Shown here in pieces: positions 23,335 to 33,008 of a stretch of 64,000 nucleotides of DNA. The notes beneath the pieces are model-generated. The model was given only the letters and a program-made list of their open reading frames with translations. It ran no database searches and was not told the origin of the DNA. The DNA is from a virus (taxonomy: Duplodnaviria; Caudoviricetes), in the IMG/VR virus record IMGVR_UViG_3300028805_000096, positions 13,337-77,336 of that record; one strand, written 5' to 3'. Within the stretch, counting starts at the first letter, position 1. Every line of letters starts with the position of its first letter. A program made the position numbers and the translations under genes.

Positions 23335-23627
23335 ACTAATAGTCAAAGTCAGAATAAAATTATACCTAGAAGAGCTGTTCATATCATTTGCTTTGTTCTT
23401 CTTTTTTCTTCGATTTCCTTTTGGTGTAGAGTGATTGATTGTCTAATTTTTCTCTTCTTTTGGATTTTCTCACTCATCTTTGGAGCTGATTCTAGCTTTC
23501 CTAGTCTTATTGCTAGCTTAGGTCACCAGTTTCTCATTCTCCATCTGAATGTTGTGTAGGATACTGCATCTTTTGGATGTCTTATGCAGTGATCTGTGTA
23601 CTGCTCTCGGTACTTTTTTTCAGCCAT
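23319..23627 (-). CDS. Basic protein with C-terminal TM helix
   Basis: 102 aa; first gene after the promoter/operator at 23.65-23.73 kb. Confidence 0.65.
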
Positions 23628-23707
23628 TTTGCTATTGGTTATGATATAAATGTTGTATTTTGCTTATATCCACAGTTTGGCGATTTGCAACACTTTTTTT
23701 GTATTTT

Positions 23708-23728
23708 CCGCTAACCTTTGGTTATCAC
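23708..23728. promoter_or_regulatory. Palindromic operator copy 4, upstream of a TTGCAA...TATAAG promoter (- strand)
   Basis: CCGCTAACCTTTGGTTATCAC. Confidence 0.7.
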
Positions 23729-23786
23729 TTCTTGATGATCCTGATGTCGTTCCTCTTTACGTTGCTTCGTTTCTTGAAGTATTTCT

Positions 23787-24173
23787 TTAGTCTCATACCT
23801 TAATATTACTAAGTAAAAAGTCTTCAAGTTTATCTTCATCACATAAGGCACTTTCTATTAGTCGGTATTCGTAAGCCATACAAGTCCATCAAGTAAATCA
23901 GTCGCCATAGTCCCAACCACCACTTTTATTTGTAGGCTGTAATCTATTCTCACACACGAATTGCCATAGTCAGCTTGACTTCGTACATAACATTCTATAT
24001 GGCATATATTTACTTTCGCAAGTATATGTTCAGCCTTTTTCTTTTTTAAGAATAATCCATCAAGCCTCAAAATCATATCATTCTCCTGTTTCAATAAATA
24101 CATCTTTTTTTCAGAAAGGACACCGTCCCCTTTCTATCAAGCTATTCAATAGCTGTTCTAATTTGTTTTCCAT
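23787..24173 (-). CDS. Hypothetical protein
   Basis: MENKLEQLLNSLIERG[CGG=W]CPFG...CMAYEYWLIESALCDE. The track ORF 23858-24103 is the wrong frame. Confidence 0.7.
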
Positions 24174-24189
24174 AGGTATAAATAATGAT

Positions 24190-25200
24190 CTAAAATGGTT
24201 TTTCTTCTTCCTCCCAGTCTTTGAATCAGCTGAATCCTAAGTCGTCTCTTATCTTTAGGTTTACTGCTTCCGTCCAGTCTATGCGTCCCTGTGTGTCCAT
24301 GAATTTGTCTGCGTTCAGTCTCCTGGCTTTGTATATTGTTATGTTGGTGTAGTAATCGTCTTCTCTCCACATTATAAGTACTGGTGATGATATTTTTTCT
24401 ATTGCAGATCAGTCTGCTATGTCGTACATGCGTGGCATTCTTCACTCTCCGTCCATCTGTCTGTTGAGCTGTTGCATTGCTATTATTGCCACGTTCTTTG
24501 TTATTGCCAGCTGTTTGAGTCTTGCCATTATGTTTCTGACTCTCTCTGGTTGGCTGTTTCCTGGTGCTTCTATCATTCCGATCCAGTCCACGAATATGAC
24601 CTCGCACCCTCTATTTGCCATCTCTTCTATTGCTTCGGATAGTGTCTCCAGGTTGTAGCAGTCGTAGGACCTCATGAGGTGTTCTATTGCGAATTTGATT
24701 TCGTTTGCCTTGCTCTTGATTCATTCTATCTCCCGTGGTTGGAATTTGTTTATTGTTAGTGCGGAGTGTCTCACTCTTCCTATCCTGCTGACTATCTTGT
24801 CGCAGATTTCCTCTTCCGTCATCTCCAGGGACACGAATCCTACTGCGTGTTCTTTTAGCATGTTTAGTGCTATGTTTAGTCATAGCGTTGTTTTTCCTCA
24901 TCCTGTTCTTGCACAGATTGTCATGATGTTTCATTTGACCGCTCCGAAGATTCTATCATCTATGTCCTTGAATCATGTTGGGATTATGGAGTCGTTGACC
25001 TTTCCCTCTATTCTAGCTTTTAGGTCTTGGAGGTAGGTTGATGTCTCCATGATGATTTGTTTCTCCTCGTGTGGTTCTACTAGCTTTGTGAACTCTGGGA
25101 GGAGTGGTGCGATTTCGTCGTACCTGTCTTCTTTGATGAGTTCGGCGATGAGCTGTCCTAGGTTGCTCTTGTGTGCCTCTTGTTGTTCTTCTGGTGTCAT
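24190..25200 (-). CDS. dnaB: DnaB-like replicative helicase
   Basis: Walker A CARTGGGKTT, FVSLEM, IFVDWIGMI, IAMQQLNR. Confidence 0.92.
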
Positions 25201-25225
25201 TTTTGTTTTGGGTTATGGTGTAAAA

Positions 25226-25879
25226 TTAGTGGTAGACTAATGTATTTGGTTTCTCTTCCTTTTTCTTCAGCTCCCGTTCTCTTATTGGAGTGGTTCATTG
25301 GTATCAGGATGCTATGCTTTTTTCTAATGTCATAAGCATTCCCTCTTCACAATCCAGTCCATCTTTCTTTAATTTATTTACCCGCCTGGTTAGCTGTCCC
25401 TTGTCGAATTTGCGGATCTTTGGTCATGCTTTGTACTGGTCGAATACCAATGTTAATTCTATTACTTTTTGTGGTAGCTGATACTCTATCTCCAATTTGT
25501 TTTTTAATTCTTCCAGTTCCTTTTCTTTTATATTATTCTTATTTATAATATTATGTGGAAGATTTCTTCCACCCTCTCATGGAAGATTTTTTCCACCCTC
25601 CTGGAAGTTTTCTTCCACCCTACCAATTTTGATAGTTCTTTTGTTTCATTCTTTCAGTTCTACTGTAATGTATCCGTGGTTCTGTAGTTCTGTGATGTGT
25701 TCTCTGATTGTTCTTCCTGTCACTCCATATTGTTCTGCTATCCGATCGTTTGTTGCTCGGCAGTATCATTTTTCTGCACATAGCGAACTTATGAAGCAGA
25801 ATAGTAGTTTTGCCTTATCCGATAGTTGTTGGTCGAATAGGACTCTGTTTGGCATTATACCATATCCCTGATCCAGCAT
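25226..25879 (-). CDS. Replication initiator (HTH, lambda O-like)
   Basis: LSDKAKLLFCFISSLCAEKGYC[CGA=W]ATN..IAE; internal iterons; immediately upstream of the helicase. Confidence 0.8.
25556..25621. repeat. Three iterons (putative replication origin)
   Basis: TGGAAG(A/T)TTT(C/T)TTCCACCCT x3 next to an AT-rich stretch inside the initiator gene. Confidence 0.75.
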
Positions 25880-25910
25880 GTTTTTGTTTGGTTAGTATGT
25901 AAAAGTCTGA

Positions 25911-26249
25911 TTAGTTTATTTTAGTAAGTATTAATTGTCCCACACAGTGCTTATATCACATTCTCGTTATCAATTCCTCGCAAGTTGTATATAGATTTTT
26001 ACTATAATTCTTTTCATACTTTAAATCATCTTCCAATTCTCTTATCTTTTTTCTAAGTTCTGCCTTTTCTCTAGCACTTTCATTTTTCACTTTTGATTTA
26101 TTGTATTTCTGATTTTCACTGAGTTTAGCCTCTAGATTAAAAATTTGTCTTTTAAGATTATCTATCTCAGTATTTTTCTTGACTATCTCTCATTCTAAGA
26201 AATTTATCTTTTCTGCTCAGATTTTTTCTATTACTTTTGATATTTCCAT
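25911..26249 (-). CDS. Coiled-coil hypothetical protein
   Basis: 112 aa, AT-rich, bounded by TAATCA(G/A)ACTTTTA motifs. Confidence 0.65.
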
Positions 26250-26440
26250 AGCTCTAAGGTAATGATATAAAAGTTTGATTATAGAAAAGCACCTCGCTAG
26301 GTCGAGTAGCGTGGTGCTTTCCGTGTATTTAAGTCTGACTTTAGCGTCTTACTTAACTCTGTTATTCCATACCCTCGACCTGTATGTTCGTCTCTTATAT
26401 ATTTATTATGTTCCTATTTGCAAGACTTTTTTTTGAATAG

Positions 26441-26461
26441 GTGATAACTTTTGGTTAGCGG
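26441..26461. promoter_or_regulatory. Palindromic operator copy 5, between divergent promoters
   Basis: GTGATAACTTTTGGTTAGCGG, lying between TTGCAA (- strand) and TTGATT...TATAAG (+ strand). Confidence 0.7.
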
Positions 26462-26544
26462 ATTTTTCATTTTTTGATTTGATTTTCTTCTACTTTCAAG
26501 TATAAGGGGGGTGTTATCATTTATTTATTATTTATTTAATTGCT

Positions 26545-26787
26545 ATGAAAGACAGAAACAACAGAAGTTTACTCGTGGCTATCGACGAGTTCAGGAATTG
26601 AAACGTTGAGCCAGGAGATTTGAATTGGGACACTCTTATGTTCTTCTTCGAGGACGCATGTAGAGAGTTCGCATTGGATAAGTTTTACGAGCAAGGTTAC
26701 TCTGATCCTGAAGCTCAGGAGATGGTTGACTCTCCTAAAGGTCAAGAGTACTTTGAAGAGTATCTTGCTATGTATCTCAGGGATTAG
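26545..26787 (+). CDS. Hypothetical acidic protein
   Basis: 80-aa ORF with TGA=G. Confidence 0.7.
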
Positions 26788-26814
26788 TTTTTATCTTCTT
26801 ATTATATTATGATC

Positions 26815-27375
26815 ATGGATGAGAAAATGACATTAAGGCAGAAGCTATTCGAGCTTCAGAAATTACATCTTCGTATAGGTAAGAATGCGGAGGCTGGATC
26901 TGGTTGAAAGTGGAGTTATAAGTACGCCACTTTGGACAAGATTTGGGATGAGATTCAGGACGTTATGGATTCTCTTGGTATCCTAGAGTCGTCTTCTATT
27001 AAGTACAATGACGCAGGAGCTACATTTGTTTATACGTCGTTGTTTAATATTGACGATCCAGATGATACTATCTGCTCTCTATTTCCTTTGGACAATACTT
27101 TGTCTCCTCAGGATATGGGAAAGGTAATCACGTATTGACGTAGGTATAATTTGGTTGCTTTGTTGAATCTCAAGATTGTTTGAGAGGATGACGACGCTCA
27201 GGGTGTTGGTGCGAAGAAAGCTTCCATCAATGGTGACAAGTTCGTTGATACTATATTGGATAGTTGAAATCTTGAAAAGGCGAAGACTTTATTGAGTAAG
27301 GTTGAAGCTGGTGAGTATTCTCTATCTCCAAAGAAGTTAGAGACTTTAGTTGCATTTATCGATTCTAATGTATAG
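26815..27375 (+). CDS. erf: ERF-family single-strand annealing protein
   Basis: YKYATLD, PQDMGKVITYGRRYNL, GEDDDA. Confidence 0.85.
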
Positions 27376-27376
27376 A

Positions 27377-27610
27377 ATGGATGCGTTACACGCCTCGTGT
27401 GAGAATACTGCGAGGCGTAAGATTAAGAAGCTTTGCGATAGTATATTGAGGGATGAGTGAGTTCTAGTTGGTCTTGCTGATCTCTCCTATCGTGGAGATA
27501 ATGTTTGGACATTTGTCCTGGTGGATAAATTGCCAGACAAGTGATATTTACTTTGATGAAAGAAATATAATGAACGTTGTGAAAACAGAAGAGATCCATA
27601 TGTATGATAA
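27377..27610 (+). CDS. Hypothetical protein
   Basis: 77-aa ORF with TGA=G, overlapping the next start. Confidence 0.45.
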
Positions 27611-28328
27611 GACTATCATGTTCTATCCCACTTCCCATCAGTACAAGCTGGTGGTGGGTGAGAAGAAATCTGATTGGCAGACGATTGACTCTGTGTCTCG
27701 TATTTGCGGGATTGTAGATAAATCGGACGCTTTATTGATTTGGGCTAGTAGGCTTTGCTCTGAGTATCTCCTATCACTTCCTGTTCAGAAGAGGACGGAT
27801 GAAGAGGTGAAGATTGCTGTTAATAAGCACAAGGAGAAGAAAGAGGAAGCTGCTAACATAGGAACGTTGGCTCATGCTTGGGCTGAGGAGTATATCAAGA
27901 AAGGGGATATTTCTTTTCCTGACGATCCACAGGTTGCTAATGCTGTGAATGGTTTCCTTGAGTGGAATTCGCAACATGATATCAAGTGGCTTGCGTCTGA
28001 ACGTTTCGTGTATTCCGACGAGTACAATTACGTTGGTATCTGTGACGCTATTGCAGTTATTGACGGGAAGAAGTATTTGGTTGACTTCAAGACTTCGAAT
28101 AGGATTCGTAAGTTGGAGTACGGAATGCAAACTTCTGCGTATGTATATGCTTATGAGGAGGAGACGGGAGAAAGGATTGATGGAGTTATAGTTGCTCGTT
28201 TCTCTAAGGACGACATGGACGTACCTTTTGAGGTGTTCGAGTTCAAGAGCGACGACATATTGTTTTTCTTCGATCTATTCAAGTCTGCTCAGAAGCTTTA
28301 CAAGGCGAAGAAGCTCTACGACAAGTAG
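27570..28328 (+). CDS. PD-(D/E)XK exonuclease
   Basis: GTLAHAWAE, SERFV, VGICDAI, LVDFKTS, QTSAY. Confidence 0.85.
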   Translation: MNVVKTEEIHMYDKTIMFYPTSHQYKLVVGEKKSDWQTIDSVSRICGIVDKSDALLIWASRLCSEYLLSLPVQKRTDEEVKIAVNKHKEKKEEAANIGTLAHAWAEEYIKKGDISFPDDPQVANAVNGFLEWNSQHDIKWLASERFVYSDEYNYVGICDAIAVIDGKKYLVDFKTSNRIRKLEYGMQTSAYVYAYEEETGERIDGVIVARFSKDDMDVPFEVFEFKSDDILFFFDLFKSAQKLYKAKKLYDK

Positions 28329-28350
28329 ATTTTATTCTTTATTATTTCAC

Positions 28351-28686
28351 ATGAAACAAAACATTTTGAAAATCGTGCTTAGTATCGTTGTCATTTTAAT
28401 TGTGACGTTTATTATTTTTGGTGGGGTGGTTGTTGTTCGTTCTGCGTTCACTCATGACGATTTGTGAGCAATAGCAAACGAACTGAACCAGCAAAGAGAC
28501 GCAAAGCAGGAGTGTTTAGATAATCTCACTTATGAGGAATCGAGACAATCTATATTATGATTCACTAAGCCATGTGTTCAGTATGATGAGAGAATTATGG
28601 AATTGAAAGCTGAATTGGATTCGTATTTAGTAAAGGATTATATGAAACCTGCGGGTTTAGCGGAGAGCAGACAAGCTCAACAATAA
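28351..28686 (+). CDS. N-terminal TM plus coiled-coil protein (zero-frame product)
   Basis: MKQNILKIVLSIVVILIVTFIIFGGVVVV... Contains the slippery heptamer G GGT TTA at 28653-28659. Confidence 0.75.
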
Positions 28687-29147
28687 ATCCAGCCACCTGA
28701 TCTGTTGACCATGTTGTTGAGGTCAACGAAATGGTTGCTGTGGAGGAGGTCGAGGATGTCCTCGAACCCCTCCCTGAAGTGAAACATTTTACTGGATCTA
28801 TTCGCCACACATGATATCCTGAGGATTCTCTAGCTCAGAGAGTTGTCAGTTATGCGTATGAGTTAGGTGGTTTGGATTTCGTTCTTGTGTTTGAGTGTGA
28901 GAATGGAACGTATGACATGAATCGTTTGGGTGATCATGGACACGCTCATGGATTGTGTCAGATTAACGACCATTTCCACAAGAATATTCCAGCTGAATAT
29001 TTCACGGATTGGAAGTTTGCGGTAGAGTATTGTTATCAGAAATGGAAGTCGGGGACTCCTTTTTATGGACCTACGACCAGGAGGACTTCTACCAAATGAA
29101 TGATGTGCAAGGATTACGTTTTAAATAGATTTGTAATAAATGATTAA
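28650..29147 (+). CDS. Lytic transglycosylase/lysozyme-like domain, probably reached by -1 frameshift
   Basis: FECENG (catalytic Glu), GLCQIN, YCYQKW. Frame is -1 relative to the upstream gene. Confidence 0.7.
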
Positions 29148-29251
29148 ATGGTTATTTATTATTGCTACAGTCGAAGTGTGTTTGTTTTGAGTCTGGATTG
29201 TATATGAGTGTAGCATTCCGTATTAGTTTTATTTCCTTATTATATATTGCA

Positions 29252-29410
29252 ATGGAAGTATTATTAATTATTCTTGGACTAGCAATTTGGGCTGGTCAGG
29301 TTATGGCAATTATTGTTTGCTGTAAGAGTGAGTCTCCAAAGTGGTTAAGGGTTTGTGGAGCTATTGGATCTATCTTGTTCTTATTAGCATTCTTGTGAAA
29401 TTCTATGTAA
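29252..29410 (+). CDS. Small two-TM membrane protein
   Basis: 52 aa, hydrophobic. Confidence 0.55.
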
Positions 29411-29443
29411 TTTATCTGGACCTGCATTTGTAGGTCCATCTAA

Positions 29444-29516
29444 TGCGAGGAGATGCTTTGGTATGCATACGACTCTCATAAGGTCGTCGTTCCTGGTTCG
29501 AATCCAGGTCTCGCAA
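29444..29516 (+). tRNA. tRNA with CAT anticodon (Met, or Ile2)
   Basis: Acceptor TGCGAGG/TCTCGCA, D-stem ATGC/GCAT, anticodon arm CGACT-CTCATAA-GGTCG, T-arm CCTGG-TTCGAAT-CCAGG; no encoded CCA. Confidence 0.88.
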
Positions 29517-29533
29517 TGTTGTTGTTTGTAAAT

Positions 29534-29564
29534 AAAAAGCAGAGCTTTGTTGCTCCGCTTTTTT
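29534..29564. terminator. Bidirectional terminator between convergent operons
   Basis: AAAAAGCAGAGC-TTTGTT-GCTCCGCTTTTTT. Confidence 0.7.
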
Positions 29565-29573
29565 GTGTAGGAA

Positions 29574-29612
29574 TTATTTTCTCCTACCTCCTCTTTTTCA
29601 TCCACAAGGCAT
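29574..29612 (-). CDS. Micro-ORF MPCGGKRGGRRK
   Basis: Last ORF of the phage B late operon. Counterpart of 12457-12492. Confidence 0.6.
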
Positions 29613-29614
29613 GT

Positions 29615-29863
29615 TTATATTTGGTTAGGATCTAAATCTTTTTTCTCTTCCCTTTTTATAAGTGTGTCTGGGTATTCCTTAGGATTCTTGTCCTTGAAGT
29701 AGTAGTTGGTTATCTGCATTGCTACGGATAGGAAAGCAACTATTACTCCTGTCTTGTCTTCTATGTTTGCGAATACATAGTATCATGTGAAGACACACAG
29801 ACAGATTATAATTATTAGGAAGACGAGTTTTGTTATAGATAGTTTTTCTCGTAGATTTTTCAT
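29615..29863 (-). CDS. Phage B holin-like two-TM protein
   Basis: MKNL[CGA=W]EKLSITKLVFLIIIICL...NYYFKDK. Homolog of 9943-10182. Confidence 0.75.
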
Positions 29864-30024
29864 GGTTCTATTTGCAGAATATAAAAGTTTTCTTTTTGAT
29901 AATGTTTTTATAATACCTATTTAATTTTTTGTATTTTAATGATTCCTATCACAAATAGGATTAAGAATATAAGAAGGAGAAATAATTTTAGCATATTGGA
30001 TTAAAGGAAAGGATAAAAGGCTGA

Positions 30025-31602
30025 TTAGTATAACTTAGTTCGGCTTATGTCTGGTTGTACTGCTTCGTTTTTGAATGGTCTTATTGAACAAGCTCTACTT
30101 ACGGGGTTATAGCCAGGTTGGTCGGCTCTATTAGCATAAGATTGTTGTCTCGCCGCATTTAATCAATAAGATAAAGCTAACGCAGTAGATGTCCAAATAT
30201 ATGCTGTGGTATCCCTATTCATAGTGCCTCAGCTTTCTGTAAGTCATCAACATAAAGGTATTTTAAGATATGAGAGATATTTATCTGCTCAATATCATCA
30301 TTGTCAGCTACCATTTGCAAAATTCCATAATCACATACTATTTCATAAAGTACCTAGTGCAAGCATTTCAGTTCTTGATGGGATATGCCATCATTCAGCA
30401 CAAGGTCATCTTCTAGCTACTAATGTATCTGTTGTATCCCCCCAGAGATTTACATTTTTGCTGCTGTCCCAATATGTAGCAGTTATATACGTAGATGAGT
30501 TATAATAATTATTAGGTCAGTAGTTTTGTGCATTTACTTGTGTAGGACTTGTAGTGGTAGGTCAAGTAAACGGAAATCAATAGTTGTTTCATCGCTGGTA
30601 AAACTTTCAGCAATTACTTTCGCTCATCGTATCTCAACTAGAATATACAGCTGTTGCTCACAGATTTTTATCTGCTATTGTTAGCCAAGTGTTTCAATCA
30701 CTACTCAGACTTATTAAGTCTTCTGTTTTATTCCAATATATTCAAGCTGTTGTTATAGGTGTTGCACTAGGTCGTACTTTTGTTTCTCATAGATAGACTG
30801 CTTTAGCTGCTCATTCTTCTGTTGTTCATTGGCTTACTCATCATCGGAGATTTCAGTTATCTGTCGTGTCCCATCTATATGGACTTGATGATACAGTTAT
30901 AAATGTGTCACTTGAATAATAATTTCAAGGTCAATATACACTAGCATCTACTTTTGTGCTAGAAGTAGTTACACTTCAAGTTCGTGGAAATCAATAATTA
31001 TTTCATCGTTGATAATATTTTCAACAGTTTGCTTCTGATAAAGTATCTCAACTATTCCATACTGTAGTAGCTCATAAGTTTTTATCTGCTATTGTTATCC
31101 AAGTCTGTCAGTCACTACTTAATGAAATTAATCACTTTGAGCTATTCCAAAATATTCATCAGCTTTCTATACTCGTTCAATATAGCTTAGTCCAAGAAGA
31201 CATAGGCACAACAGGGGAATTCTTGAAACAACGGACAGAGGAACCGTACGTACGGCGGTAGACATCCTGAGGATTAAGAGTATCCGAATTGAAGTACAGG
31301 TTGTACGCGTAATTAGTATTGCTACGCGAAGAGGACCAATAGTACCCGTAGGAACCCTGACCGTAAGCACCAGCAGACGAGTTGCTACGGTAACCAGCGA
31401 AAGGCAACTTTAATGCTATTCAAAAGTTAGTTCAGTCTGAACTTCATCCACCTAAAGCTGTTCGGATATTTCTTACAGTTTGCCATTCTGTATTAAGTGG
31501 TACGTGGAACCCATCAGGACAAGGTCACTGCATATCACTTATAGTTATACTTCATCAAGCATACAGATTTTTTATCTCTTTATCTCATATATAAATACTC
31601 AT
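30025..31602 (-). CDS. Receptor-binding protein with repeated CLec/Fib_succ_major-like modules (DGR target 1)
   Basis: 525 aa. QGPCPDGFHVP...LKLPFAGYR...YYWSSS...SVRCFKN, plus further modules (TIADKNLGA, YQWGNN, YIWTST). Confidence 0.85.
31217..31410 (-). other. DGR-type variable region 1
   Basis: GC-richer 194-bp block, colinear with 32126-32319. Differences concentrate in codon positions 1-2 of NNC/NNT codons. Confidence 0.75.
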
Positions 31603-31627
31603 TCTTTTATTTATTAAGAAATAAAGA

Positions 31628-33004
31628 TTAGTCTGTTACAATAGTTATCACATTACTAGATGTTCAACTAGCTGGTGCTGATGTGGATGTTACTATCTTG
31701 TAGAGCTGGTCTCAAACTACTAGGTTTCAAGATACTGTCTGAATTCAAGTTACTCATCACCAAAGATTTCAATTATCTGTCGTGTCCCATCTTCAATTAT
31801 ATTTTATGAATGTATCACTTGAGTAATAATTTCAAGGTCAATAACTACTTGCATCTACTTGAGTTGTACTTTGATTTGCTATTGTTCAAGTTCGTGGGAA
31901 TCAATAATTATTTCATCGTTGATAATATTTTCAACAGTTTGCTTCTGATAATGTATCTCAACTATTCCATACTGTTGTGGCTCATAAGTTCTTATCAGCT
32001 ATTGTTATCCAAGTAGTTCAATCTGAGCTTAATGATATAAGTCAATCTGCAGAACTCCAAAATATACCACCTGCTTCTATACTTGTTCAATATAGCTTAG
32101 TCCAAGAAGAATTAGGTATAGCTGGGGAATTCCTAAAACAACGTACAGATAAACCGCGCGCACGGGTGTCGCTATCCTGAGGACGAAGAGCAGTCGAAAC
32201 GAGGAGCAGTTTGTACGCGCTATAACTATAGTAACGCGAAGAGGACCAATAGTACCCGGTGGAACCATGTTCGCTAACACTAGCATCGCCGTAATTACGG
32301 TAACCAGCGAAAGGCAGCTTTAATGCTATTCAAAAGTTAGTTCAGTCTGAACTTCATCCACCTAATGCTGTCCATACATCATAAACAGCTTGCCATTCAG
32401 TTGTTAAAGGTACGTGAAATCCACTAGGTGCAGGTCACTGCATAGCTGTGTAATCTTTTCACTCATACGTACCATCCAATCAGATTTCATCATTTGTTAT
32501 ATCTATTCAGTTTCCTGCTGTATAGTTACCACCTGTTTGGATAGTCACATCTCCATACTGTCAGTTTACACTTGTGACTCAGGTATTTGAAATAGTGTTT
32601 CAGTTAATTCAGATTCATGTACCTGGTGTTAGTGTATTTTGTTTTCCCGCTATTGTAGTATCCATAGAGCTGATTTTGTCGTAGACAGCGTTTTTACTTG
32701 GAGCTTGTGTTGTGTCTCAATTCCATGATGATCCATAAGCTACATCACTTATTATTTGTGGATAGTCTATATTTACCTCTGTTATGTTTGTTACTTGTCA
32801 GAGATTGTTGGTTGTGATTTGTGGAACTTTCTGTCCTGTACCTTTTGCAGTATATGCTGTTTGTGTATCCAATGTATTTTGTTTTCAGCTTAGGTCTATA
32901 TTTGCTGTTCCGTTAGACATAACACTAGTTCAGTCGACTTTTACATCTTCTACGGGGAAGTTGTAATCTGTGTTATTGAATTTAAATTTTTTGAGTCTAG
33001 CCAT
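31628..33004 (-). CDS. Tail fibre with CLec-like module (DGR target 2)
   Basis: 458 aa. Fibre N-terminus (APSKNAVYDKI, SVNGQYG), then the same LKLPFAGYR...YYWSSS...SVRCF module. Confidence 0.85.
32126..32319 (-). other. DGR-type variable region 2
   Basis: Same length and invariant frame as VR1 (offset 909 bp, no indels). Confidence 0.75.
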
Positions 33005-33008
33005 TATA

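Noticed and set aside
23858-24103. Track ORF MYLLKQEND...
   Set aside because: Wrong frame. The gene is 23787-24173 with TGA read-through.
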